Positions 53,557 to 64,000 of a DNA stretch of 64,000 nt are shown one piece after another. How positions within the stretch are numbered: the stretch's first letter is position 1; every line of letters begins with the position of its first letter. The position numbers were made by a program, and so were the translations under genes. The stretch is from Octopus vulgaris. Taxonomy: Eukaryota. The DNA lies in assembly GCA_951406725.2 (NCBI GenBank), contig OX597818.1, positions 129,766,001 through 129,830,000 on the forward strand. The letters run 5' to 3'. Under the pieces are notes generated by a model. The model was not told where the DNA came from. It made no database searches and was given only the letters and a program-made list of their open reading frames with translations.

Positions 53557-53936
53557 AATCTTGTAGCCTGAGAAGGCTTTGTCAGACATCAACAGATATA
53601 ATTTTAAAAAAATATTACTTAGGTTCTTGTATTAACCTTTTCAATACCAAAGCAACCTTACCTGAAAGTATTCATAGAGAAATTATAATCTTGATAAAAA
53701 CCCTCGAACAACATAAGGTTTTAGTTGACCAATACCAGCATAACAGGTATTAATAGTCACACAGCCCAATAGAAATAGATGATAATTTTCCCTCACATCA
53801 CATGGCACTATTTTAAAACAGTTAATGATACATCAGATAGTGTAGTTCTTCACGTCTTACCTAAAAGAGGCGATAGCTGTGATTGGAATATCTGTTATCC
53901 TAAGTCTGCTCAGCCTAAAAAACAGCCACCACCAAT

Positions 53937-54345
53937 ACGCAGGAGTGGCTGTGTGGTAAGTAGCTTGTTTACCAACCACATGGTTCCAGGTTCAGTCCCA
54001 CTGCATGGCACCTTGGGCAAGTGTCTTCTACTATAGCCTCGGGCCGACCAAAGCCTTGTGAGTGGATTTGGTAGACAGAAACTGAAAGAAGCCCGTCATA
54101 TATATGTATATATATATGTGTGTGTGTGTTTGTGTGTCTGTGTTTGTCCCCTAGCATTGCTTGACAACCAATGCTGGTGTGTTTATGTCCCTGTTACTTA
54201 GCGGTTTAGCAAAAGAGACCGATAGAATAAGTACTGGGCTTACAAAAGAATAAGTCCCGGGGTCAAGTTGCTCTATTAAAGGCGGTGCTCCAGCATGGCC
54301 ACAGTCAAATGACTGAAACAAGTAAAAAGAGAAAAAGAGAAAGAG
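53937..54345 (+). mobile_element. SINE family A, full length
   Basis: Head, body and tail present. Confidence 0.92.
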
Positions 54346-55054
54346 AATACAATCATAGGCATTCTTTGTGTGTGTATGTGTGTGTCAGTGTGTCCAGCGG
54401 TGTGTGTGTGTGTTTATAAAATATATAAATACACATATTTATATATGTACACGCAGACATATATAAAACGTATGTATGTACGTATATACATTATATACCT
54501 GCCTCACCTCCTGTCTTAACCACCCCTCCTTCATAGAACTGTATTCCAACCGGGTCCCTAAACCCTTCTTCCACTTTTCTTTTCTCCAATCATTTTCCCT
54601 CTTTTATTTTCCTCCTACACTTTTCTTCTGATGAAGTACTAACAGCCAAAACACCAAAACTCTCTCTTGTCTTTTAAGTGTTACAGAAATACAATATTGG
54701 TAAAAATCTTTTCCTTGCTGTGTAGTTCTGCTTTATTTTGTCTTTCATAACACACATGTATGTGTGTGTGCACATACATCTGTGTGTGCGCGTATATACA
54801 ACACACATATTTACATGCAGATGTGTGTGCATATGTATAGATATACAGATGTGTATGCGTGAGTGTGTGTGTATATACATATATATATATATATATATAT
54901 AAAAACTTACTTGGAGGATAAGAAATGACGCGAGGCACTCAGTCATATAATAACAATTTAACAAATAAAACATATGCATACATACACACATATATGTACA
55001 TACCTACATCTATATGTATATATACATGCATATATATATATATATATATATATA

Positions 55055-55435
55055 TCTCTCTATATAAACGGCAGTTTGTCTGTGTGTGTGTCTGTGTGTC
55101 TGTTAGGTTGTACCCTCACCCTGACCATGGCTTTCAACCGATTCTGATGAAACTTGATACACACATAGCCCAATGTCATAATTCAAAACTAACGCAGCGA
55201 AAATTTTGAAAAGTTCCCCCAGTTCTGAAAAAAATCGATAAATTCGACATGGGGTCGAGTAACAGAAACACAAACCACAGACTGTCAAGGGGACGCAACT
55301 CGACCTTTTAACTCTCAAAAAAAAATTTACCATAGTTTTTTTTCCATTTTTTTGCTATTTTTTGGCTATAACTCTCTAAAAATGCTTTATAGTTATTTCC
55401 CTTACAAACCCGAGCAACGCCGGGTGATACTGCTA

Positions 55436-55436
<1 letters not shown>
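55055..55436 (+). mobile_element. Non-autonomous Helitron, family H1
   Basis: A|TC start, hairpin CCCGAGCAACGCCGGG, CTAG|T end; inserted in (TA)n; near-identical to 17312-17696. Confidence 0.92.
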
Positions 55437-55522
<86 letters not shown>

Positions 55523-55524
<2 letters not shown>

Positions 55525-55735
55525 GAGGCGCAATGGCCTAGTGGTTAGGGCAGCGGACTCGCGGTCGCAGGATCGCGGTTTCGATTCTCAGACCGGGCGT
55601 TGTGTGTGTTTATTGAGCGAAAACACCTAAAAGCTCTACGAGGCTCCGGCAGGGGGTGGTGATCCCTGCTGTACTCTTTCACCACAATGGCGGTGCCCCA
55701 GCATGGCCACAGCTCAAGAGCTGAAACTGGAAAAA
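55523..55735 (+). mobile_element. SINE family C head joined to a SINE-A-like 3' tail
   Basis: C head to CTTTCACCACAA (~55687), then GGCGGTGCCCCAGCATGGCCACAG...CTGAAAC. Confidence 0.7.
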
Positions 55736-55759
55736 CAAAAACAAAAACAAAACAATATA

Positions 55760-56155
55760 TATATGAGTACAGGACACCACAAATAAACGTAGAACACAAC
55801 GAGAAACGAAAACATAAAAACAAACAAGGAAACAGACTTTTTTTAACAACGAAAAAACAGGGTACAAGACAAACAATACAAGGAATATTCCCCTTCATCA
55901 GCTGCCCCTGGTTCGACTCAATGCGTGTTTCGAAGGTAAGGGCATAGTTAATTCAAACATGAAAACACAAAGAGAAAACACAACAACGCGAGGACGTGGA
56001 ACAAGTATAGTGTTATTGGACGCTCAGGAAAGGAAAGAAAGAAGGAGGATTTAACGTTTTGAGCAGAGCTCTTCGGCAGAAACATAGAAAAAGGAAAGAT
56101 CCAAGGAAGGGAAGACGGAGGAAGAAAAATCGCCAATGATACACATGCTGTCACA
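55760..56155 (-). mobile_element. Two adjoining Penelope-like non-coding segments with degenerate hammerhead motifs
   Basis: 56050-56082 minus: TTT-CTGCCGA-A-GAGC-tct-GCTC-AAAA-CG-TT-AAA; 55890-55935 minus: CGAAACACGC...CTGATGAAGGGG. Confidence 0.5.
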
Positions 56156-56904
56156 TAGATGTGTGTGTGTGTGTGTGTGTGTGTGACTTGCCAACCCTCA
56201 GTCAAACCGTCCAACCCATGCCAGCATGGAAAGCAGACGTTAAACGACGACAAAGATGATGTTCGCACACATACAAATATACATAGGATCACACATCTAC
56301 ATATGTAAGCAAAGAAGATGGCTTTTAGGTTTACACATTCACACACCGCACCACCATATACATACATACATACCTACATACAAACAGACGCACACACATA
56401 CATACATGCATGCATGCCTGTATAAACACACATACACACACACATAAACACACACACACACACATGTATGTTTATGTAGATGAGTGTAAGGATGTAAGTA
56501 TGTATGTATGTATGTATATTATGTATATATGCCAAACAAAGAAATCTGTTAAAACATTAATATAAAAGACAAAGAGAGCTCAGAAAGGAAATCGTAAATG
56601 ACATCGTATTGTGCTTGTTGTCTGTGTGTTCAAACACTTGAATATGGTTCCATGCTTTATGCAGCCACAGAGTATGATGTCTAAGGAACTCTAAACTACA
56701 AACTGTCAGCACTATTTCTTGAGTGACAAAGAGACACATACAATAATGTTGACACAAATTATTTAGTTACACAATGGGTTTTTTTTCACACTCTCCTAGA
56801 AACAAGCATGGTAATTTTACAATTCAAAAAAGATAGAAGGAAAAAAATAACAATGATTCAGTGAACATAGGAAAGGGAAAGAGAGTGAATACTTATGTGC
56901 TTAT

Positions 56905-56982
<78 letters not shown>

Positions 56983-56987
56983 TATAT

Positions 56988-57037
<50 letters not shown>

Positions 57038-57211
57038 TATGTGTGTGTATATATATGTATATATATATATTTGTATATATGTATATATATATATGTGTAT
57101 GTGTGTGCGTGTGTGTGTATTTATATATATATATATATACACATATATATTTATATGTATGTGTGTGTATGTGCATATTATATGTATGAATATATGTGCA
57201 TATGTCTGTAT

Positions 57212-57252
<41 letters not shown>

Positions 57253-57740
57253 GGCTGGAAAGGAGTGAGAGGGAGGGAGGGAGAGAAGGGGGTGAGAGAA
57301 GGCAAAGAGTGAAAATGATAAAGGGGGCAGATTCAGACACAGAGAGAGAGAGAGACAGAGGCAGACAGACAAACACGAAAAGACAAAGATATCGATGGGT
57401 TAGGGTGAGGGTTAAGGTGAGGTTAACAGCAATGGTGATTAATGACACCAATATAGAGCTAATGAATGACAGTCAGTCATTTAAATGGTGTTCCCATATT
57501 GGCAGGGCTTATTCACAGTAGATTTTCCTGTCTATTGTCTGTTTAGAACTGAACAAGCTCAGGTCATTTCCAACTGGGAGTATTTAAGTGACTGCAAATC
57601 TTTCGTATACATTGATTTGCCAGTATATCCTGAAGACCCTCTTTTTTTCTGCAGGTTTTTGATGGGAAAATGTGGGAATGATGACAAGAACAGATTTTGA
57701 GATTTCAAACATATCAAACAACATTTGAAAAAAATGTGTA

Positions 57741-57793
<53 letters not shown>

Positions 57794-57910
57794 ATGGTAA
57801 AATGTAGAATATGCTTGTATAACTGAGAATGTGCACAAAAATAAATCCATGTAAATGTGCATTAATTTTCACACAAAAATCAAGCAGAATGCTGTTTTCA
57901 TATATATATA

Positions 57911-58077
57911 CACTCACGGAGTGGTTGGCGTTAGGAAGGGCATCCAGCTGTAGAAACATTGCCAAATTTAGACTGGAGCCTGGTGCAGCCTTCTGGCTTC
58001 CCAGAACCCCGGTCGAACCGTCCAACCCATGCTAGCATGGAGAACGGATGTTAAACGACGATGATGATGATGATGAT
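57911..58077 (+). mobile_element. RTE LINE 3' end with (GAT)n tail, inserted in (TA)n
   Basis: Matches 10641-10806. Confidence 0.9.
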
Positions 58078-58080
58078 ATA

Positions 58081-58805
58081 CCGGAGTAAACACATAAATG
58101 TGAAACAAGGTGGAAAAAAGAGTACTCAAAAACCAGGGGTAGAGTAATATGCTTTATTTAAAAGCAGCAGAAAATTCAACAAAACCTGTTACTCTGAGTT
58201 TCACGTTCCCTAACGTGAAACACAAAAATCAAGCAGAATGCTGTTTTCATATATATATATATACCGGAGTAAACACATAAACGTGAAACAAGGTGAAAAA
58301 AAGAGTACTCAAAAACCAGGGGTAGAGTAATATGCTTTATTTAAAAGCAGCAGAAAATTCAACAAAACCTGTTACTCTGAGTTTCACGTTCCCTAATGTG
58401 AAACACAAAAATCAAGCAGAATGCTGTTTTCATATATATATACCGGAGTAAACACATAAATGTGAAACAAGGTGAAAAAAAGAGTACTCAAAAACCAGGG
58501 GTAGAGTAATATGCTTTATTTAAAAGCAGCAGAAAATTCAACAAAACCTGTTACTCTGAGTTTCACGTTCCCTAACGTGAAACACAAAAATCAAGCAGAA
58601 TGCTGTTTTCATATATATATACTGGAGTAACCACATAAATGTGAAACAAGGTGAAAAAAAGTACTCAAATACCAGGGGTAGAGTAATATGCTTTATTTAA
58701 AAGCAGCAGAAAATTCAACAGAACCTGTTACTCTGAGTTTCACGTTCCCTAACATGAAACTCAGAGTAACAGGTTTTGTTGAATTTTCTGCTGCTTTTAA
58801 ATAAA

Positions 58806-58806
<1 letters not shown>
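58081..58806. repeat. Four-unit ~180-bp tandem array ending in a 56-bp-arm hairpin
   Basis: Units start at 58081, 58264, 58443 and 58622; terminal arms 58691-58746 / 58751-58806 (2 mismatches, loop CCCT). Confidence 0.95.
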
Positions 58807-58838
<32 letters not shown>

Positions 58839-58839
<1 letters not shown>

Positions 58840-59243
58840 GAGCAAAATGCCCCCCGTACAATGGACTGTGCTGAGTTGTCAAACATTTAAACCAAATTTT
58901 CTCAAAACAACTTCCCCGACCGTCCCATAGGCCTTCCCTTTGAGAAATACTGATTTAACCTAAATTTTAGACACCAGCAAAAGAAGAAATAAAGATAGAC
59001 TTTTCTTCTATTCCAAATTAAAACGATTTTATTCGGATTTATTGACTTTATTTGGCTTTATCGATCGCATTCTCACCTGGAATCGATTTTTGCAATTTTT
59101 TCAAGACTTATGCACGCCCTGATACCGTCGATATCTACATAACTTAACTTATATCAAATTTGAGCACAATAGGATGGAGGATGCTCGAGATCCAAGAAGA
59201 CACACACACAGAAAGACAGACAGAACGGATTTTATATAATAGG
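58839..59243 (-). mobile_element. Helitron-like element family H2 (shorter, internally deleted)
   Basis: Reverse complement of both ends of 11218-11770; ends GCTCG|T. Confidence 0.7.
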
Positions 59244-59274
59244 TATATATATATTGTGTTCATGTATTCTTTTT

Positions 59275-59672
59275 TTTATTCTTTTTACTTGTTTCAGTCA
59301 TTTGACTGCGGCCATGCTGGAGCACCGCCTTTAGTTGAGCAACTCAACCCCGGGACTTATTCTTTTGTAAGCCCAGTACTTATTCTATCAGTCTCTTTTG
59401 CGAACCGCTAAGTAACGGGGACATAAACACACCAGCATTGGTTGTCAAGCAATGCTAGGGGGACAAACACAGATACACAAACACACACATACGCATATAT
59501 ATATACATATATATGACGGGCTTCTTTCAGTTTCTGTCTACCTAATCCACTCACAAGGCTTAGGTCGGCCCGAGGCTATAGTAGAAGATACTTGCCCAAG
59601 GTGCAATGCAGTGGGACTGAACCCGGAACCATGTGGTTGGTATGCGAGTTACTTATCATACAGTCACTCCTA
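59275..59672 (-). mobile_element. SINE family A
   Basis: Reverse complement, near full length. Confidence 0.9.
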
Positions 59673-59797
59673 CACCTTATTTATATTATATAATAATATA
59701 AATTAGTCACATATTTTTAAGTTACAAAACAATTTGTCATGATATTAGAATTTTCTTCTTATTAAATAAAATTTCTTCAAACAACTTCTCTGCTATT

Positions 59798-59831
<34 letters not shown>

Positions 59832-59834
59832 TAT

Positions 59835-60060
59835 GCCCTTTTTAAAGCCTAGCCAGGCTTATGGGCCCGGTTTCCTAGTTTCAATGGCGTATGTGTTCCC
59901 CAGCTGGATGGGACACCAGTCTATCGCAGCGTTACTCATTTTTGCCAGCTGAGTGGACTGGAGCAACGTGAAATGAAGTGTTTTGCTCAAGAACACAACA
60001 CGTCACCTGGTCCAGGAATCGAAACCACAATCTTATGCTCATGATGCTGACACTCTAACT
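59835..60060 (-). mobile_element. tRNA-derived SINE, family D (V-domain-like body)
   Basis: B-box-like GGTTTCGATTCC; CTGCGATAGACTGGTGTCCCATCCAG resembles the V-SINE domain as I recall it. Confidence 0.55.
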
Positions 60061-60071
60061 ATATTTATATA

Positions 60072-60366
60072 TCATCATCATCATCATCATCATCATCGTT
60101 TAGCGTCCGCTTTCCATGCTAGCATGGGTTGGACGGTTCAACTGGGGTCTAAGAAGCCAGAAGGCTGCACCAGGCCCAGTCTGATCTGGCAATGTTTCTA
60201 TGGCTTGATGCCCTTCCTAACGCCAACCACTCCGTGAGTGTAGTGGGTGCTTTTTACGTGACACCGGCACAGGTGCCAGATGAGTCTGGCAAACGGCCAC
60301 GATCGGATGGTGCTTTTTACGTGCCACCGGCACGGGGGCCAGGCGAGTCTGGCAACGGCCACGAAC
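60072..60366 (-). mobile_element. RTE LINE 3' end
   Basis: Reverse complement of the RTE 3' UTR, with (ATC)n on +. Confidence 0.85.
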
Positions 60367-60835
60367 GGATACCTGCCATTATCTAAACCAGACTGCAACC
60401 TCTAAGATTCTACATTAAGGTTGTTAAAAATACAACCTGTATAAGGTAATGGGTAAAGAGCCCATGGGATTGCACCTAGAAAGTTTCTCTCCGAGGCACA
60501 AGTCTGGGCAAGGTTGTTTATGGAAGACCAGCAGTCACCCATGCATACCAGTCAAAGAATCAAGGATTGTCATAGCTGGAATATATTTTGCTATATATCT
60601 GTTTGATCAGAACAGACATAGAGCTAAGCAACAACAGTGTATGTAAGACAGCAAAACCAAAAATAGCATTTTACAGATGACAATAACATTACTAGTAAGA
60701 ACAGAGTTCACGCCATCGTCATCACTTCGAAGATGATGACAACATCAACAACACGCTACATGCAACTTCAATAACAATAACAAATGACTTTCAACAATGT
60801 TCTCAATAACAAAAGGACTAAAAATAAAAATGAAA

Positions 60836-61200
60836 GGCATGGCTGTGTCGTAAGAAGCTTGCTTCCCAACCACATGGTTCCTGGTTCAGTCCCATTGCAT
60901 GGAACCTTGGGCAAGTGTCTTCTACTATAGCCTCGGGTATAGATGGAAACTGAAAGAAGCCAGTTGTGTGTGTGAGTATATATATATATATATATATATA
61001 TAAATATGTTTGTATTTGTCCCACCACCACCACCACCATTGTGTGACAACCGATGTGGGTGAGTTTACGTCACTGTAACATAGTTGTTACTAGGCTTACA
61101 AAGAATAAGTCCTGGGGTCAATTCGTTTGACTAAAATCCCCTTAAGGTGGTGCACAAGCATGACTACACTCAAATGACTGAAACAAGTAAAAGAATAAAA
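60836..61200 (+). mobile_element. SINE family A, diverged with deletions
   Basis: Head and tail recognisable. Confidence 0.8.
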
Positions 61201-62573
61201 GATGCTCTCCAGAATGGAGCTTTTGCATGGTTGCCCAATCTGCTAGAAGTAGCAGCCAAATCTCTTACTACCAATGTAGGGAGATGTCACTGGTATGGTC
61301 CTCACAGAAAAACCTTCAACCATTGGTCTTCTTAATTACAACTGACCTAATTCTAAACAACATAATAAGTACTAGCTTGCAACAGCAATACTGGAATACC
61401 AGCTTGTAATAACAGCTTTGTAAGGAAGACCTATCTAGTCTCTTAAGCCAACACCAGTGTGTAGCTGGTACATAATTTCACCGATTCCTGAAGGATGAAA
61501 TAAACACTGAAACTTCCTTAGTGAGATTTGATCTCAGTCTGTATGGGAGAGAATACAATGAAATGAAATATCACAAAGCATTTGGTTCAACACTCTCCTG
61601 ACAATGACAACTAATGATAACAACAGCAACAGCAACAACAATATCATCAACAATGACAATGTGTAACACACAGCAAAAACATATCTTGTACAAGATAGAT
61701 TCCTTGTTCTATGTTATTAATGTCCTATCAGAGCTGCCATCTTGATAATCATAATAAATTTGGCACTGAAAAGTGGGGTCTCGGAAACTGGGGTTGAGAT
61801 GTGGCAGGGGAGAGGGAGAGAGGAAGAGAGAGAGAAAAGGGTTAGGAGTCTGTTGGGGGATGGGCTAAAGGGGAAGAAAAACAGGGGACAGAACGGGCAT
61901 GAGTTTTACAAGGGTTACCAAGTTCTCCTTGAGTAAGATATATATACACACACACATATATACATGCATACATACATATATATATATACATACATACATA
62001 GGGGACAGATGGAAAGGCCATGGAGAAGGAAGGGCACAAATACAGAATGGTTAAGAAGAAGAAGAAGAAGAAGAAGGACGATAATGATGACAGTGATAAT
62101 GGTTAAGATACATAAAAAATAAGCAAAATAAGCAGCAATAAAACTAGATAAAGAAGATAGATGCAGAATAAGGTAAAGCAAAGCAAATATGAAGAAAAGA
62201 AAGTAAATAAGAAAAAAATAAAGAAAAAAATAAAAGATCGGAGGAGAGAAGAGAGACAGGATGGAGATGGGGTGAAGAAGAAGAAGAAGAAGAAGAAGAA
62301 GACTGTAATAGAAATGGGAGTGGATGGGTGGTGGTGAGTGAAAAGAAAAGCGAGCAAGGAAGTTGTGAAGAAGACAGTAAGGAAGGAAGGAAGGAAAGAA
62401 GGAAGGAAGGAAGTCATGAAGACATAAGAAAGGAAAGGAAGAAAGAAAGCCGAGTGAGAAAGGAGAGAAAGGAGGAAGGATGTCAGTAATCTGTAAGCTA
62501 GATAAAACCTGCATATTAGCTAAGCAAGAACAGGGAAAAAAAAAGAAACAAAAACAAAAACAAAAATAATAAA

Positions 62574-62830
62574 ACGCCAGTGCGCTGACACGTCGTCAGT
62601 GCGTGCAGTCAGCCATGCAAGCGCTACCATGCACATAAAAGCTTGTTTGTCGCTACAGCTTGTAACAAGAAGACAATAGTGCGGAGAGGTGGTGGTGGTG
62701 GTGGTGGTGGTGTTGGTGGGGAACATGGCAGGGTGTGTGGATATGTGTGGTGGTGGTGGTGGTGGGCGAGTATGAGCTACGGACGGACCGGACGGACGGT
62801 GTTTGGGTTGTGCGGAGTGTACAGTGTGAG
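62574..62830. promoter_or_regulatory. CpG-rich patch with a CRE-like dyad; possible promoter or enhancer
   Basis: GCGCTGACACGTCGTCAGTGCG dyad and clustered CpGs in non-repeat DNA, next to a long purine tract; function not shown. Confidence 0.25.
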
Positions 62831-63010
62831 GTTTACAGTATATATATATATATATATATGTTATTCCTGCTTGTGAGAAACAAGACAGTGTTTACGTTTT
62901 TTTCTTTTTTTTGTACATGTGTAAGAGATTTTGAATGTATGTGTTTGTGTCTGAATGTATGCTCATGTATGTGTGTGTGTGTGTGTATGTGTGTATCTAT
63001 ACATGTTGTG

Positions 63011-63045
<35 letters not shown>

Positions 63046-63081
63046 ATATATATACATATATATATGTATATATATATATGC

Positions 63082-63137
<56 letters not shown>

Positions 63138-63140
<3 letters not shown>

Positions 63141-63326
63141 GGTCCCGGGTTGATTCGGGGTTAACCACAGTAAGTAAGGTACTCAATACATAGCAGAGTA
63201 AAATTAATTTATTATATAGAAGGAGCTTCTACAGGACTAGTACTGTTTCATTCAAGAGAAATCTTCAGCTTCCTGAAGATTTCTCTTGAATGAAACAGTA
63301 CTAGTCCTGTAGAAGCTCCTTCTATA

Positions 63327-63336
<10 letters not shown>
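63138..63336 (-). mobile_element. (TA)n-flanked fold-back element with a perfect 64-bp-arm hairpin and a hammerhead-like core
   Basis: Arms 63205-63268 / 63273-63336, loop CTTC; minus strand 63275-63232: CAGGA-AG-CTGAAGA-TTTC-tctt-GAAT-GAAA-C-A-G-TA-CT-ag-TCCTG. Confidence 0.7.
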
Positions 63337-63374
<38 letters not shown>

Positions 63375-63377
63375 AAC

Positions 63378-63540
63378 ACAGAAGTGGCTGTGTGGTAAGT
63401 AGCTTGCTTACCAACCACATAGTTCCGGGTTCAGCCCCACTGCGTGGCACCTTGGGCAAGTGTCTTCTACTATAACCTCGGGCTGACCAAAGCTTTGTGA
63501 GTCTATTTGTTAGATGGAAACTGGAAGGAGCCCATTGTAT
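63378..63540 (+). mobile_element. SINE family A head
   Basis: GTGGCTGTGTGGTAAGTAGCTTGC... to internal TA tract. Confidence 0.85.
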
Positions 63541-63561
63541 GTATATATATGTACGTATATA

Positions 63562-63762
63562 CAGGGGTTGGACAAAATATTGGAAACACCTAGCATCATA
63601 ATTTTGAAATATCTATAAAACCATCAAAAACTTGTTTATTTTTATGTTTTTTGATTTATTATTAGTGTTGTTTAATATGTTTTACTTAAATTGCTGTTTC
63701 TTTTCAGATATCATCAGAAAAAGGTTACTAAAATTCATTAAAATGACAGATGTATCGGACAT
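63562..63762 (+). mobile_element. Tc1-like transposon left-end fragment
   Basis: TA|CAGGGGTTGGACAAAATATTGGAAACACC TIR-like end; ATG at 63743 gives MTDVSD, resembling Tc1-type starts (MxDLSDF). Confidence 0.55.
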
Positions 63763-63878
63763 AAAGGAAAGAAAGAAAACCAACTTTTTGACAAATATCG
63801 TACTAGTTTAATGCAATATCATTCTCATCACCATCATCTATATATGTCTGTATGTGTGTGTATATATAGACACACACT

Positions 63879-64000
63879 GGCACAGGTGTGACTGTGTGCC
63901 AAAAAGATTGTTTCCTAACAACATGGTTCCAGGTTCAGTCCCACTGCATGGCACCTTGGGAAAATAAGTGTCTTCTACTATAGTCTCAGGCCAACCAAAG
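63879..64000 (+). mobile_element. SINE family A head, cut by the window end
   Basis: GGCACAGGTGTGACTGTGTG...GGTTCAGTCCCACTG. Confidence 0.75.

Noticed and set aside
57398-57427. Telomere-like GGGTTAGGGTGAGGGTTAAGG (also GGATTA x3 at 1442)
   Set aside because: Only 3-4 degenerate units; too short to call interstitial telomere
58081-58806. CRISPR-like regular spacing
   Set aside because: Whole units are near-identical with no unique spacers; eukaryotic context and no cas genes

Overview
AT-rich, microsatellite-saturated animal DNA with no intact protein-coding gene. The repeat families (tRNA-headed SINEs with internal (TA)n(TG)n, RTE tails ending in (GAT)n) look like those of an octopod cephalopod (Octopus); this is inferred from pattern recognition, not a database hit. 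Nearly all ORFs in the track are microsatellite artefacts. Real protein homology is limited to decayed transposons: mariner, Tc1, Tigger, a Helitron helicase and RTE, R4/Dong and L1/Tx1 LINEs. Five non-autonomous Helitrons and more than 25 SINE copies or fragments are also present. The most notable signal is a set of short non-coding elements, mostly abutting (TA)n, that carry minimal type-I hammerhead-ribozyme motifs (CTGANGA...GAAA, tiny or palindromic stem III, GTH), as known from Penelope-like elements and retrozymes. The best copy is at 41159-41258. Several copies fold back on themselves at the ribozyme, and two carry copies of nearby host DNA (38 nt at 9499; 30 nt repeated in the ~180-bp array at 58.1-58.8 kb). 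A second unusual feature is a ~630-bp 10-mer minisatellite (52341-52970) built largely from 5' splice-site consensus (AG|GTAAG). A few weak micro-exon candidates and a CpG-rich possible promoter (62.6 kb) suggest, without proving, that the window is intronic. All coordinates were read by eye and may be off by a few bases.
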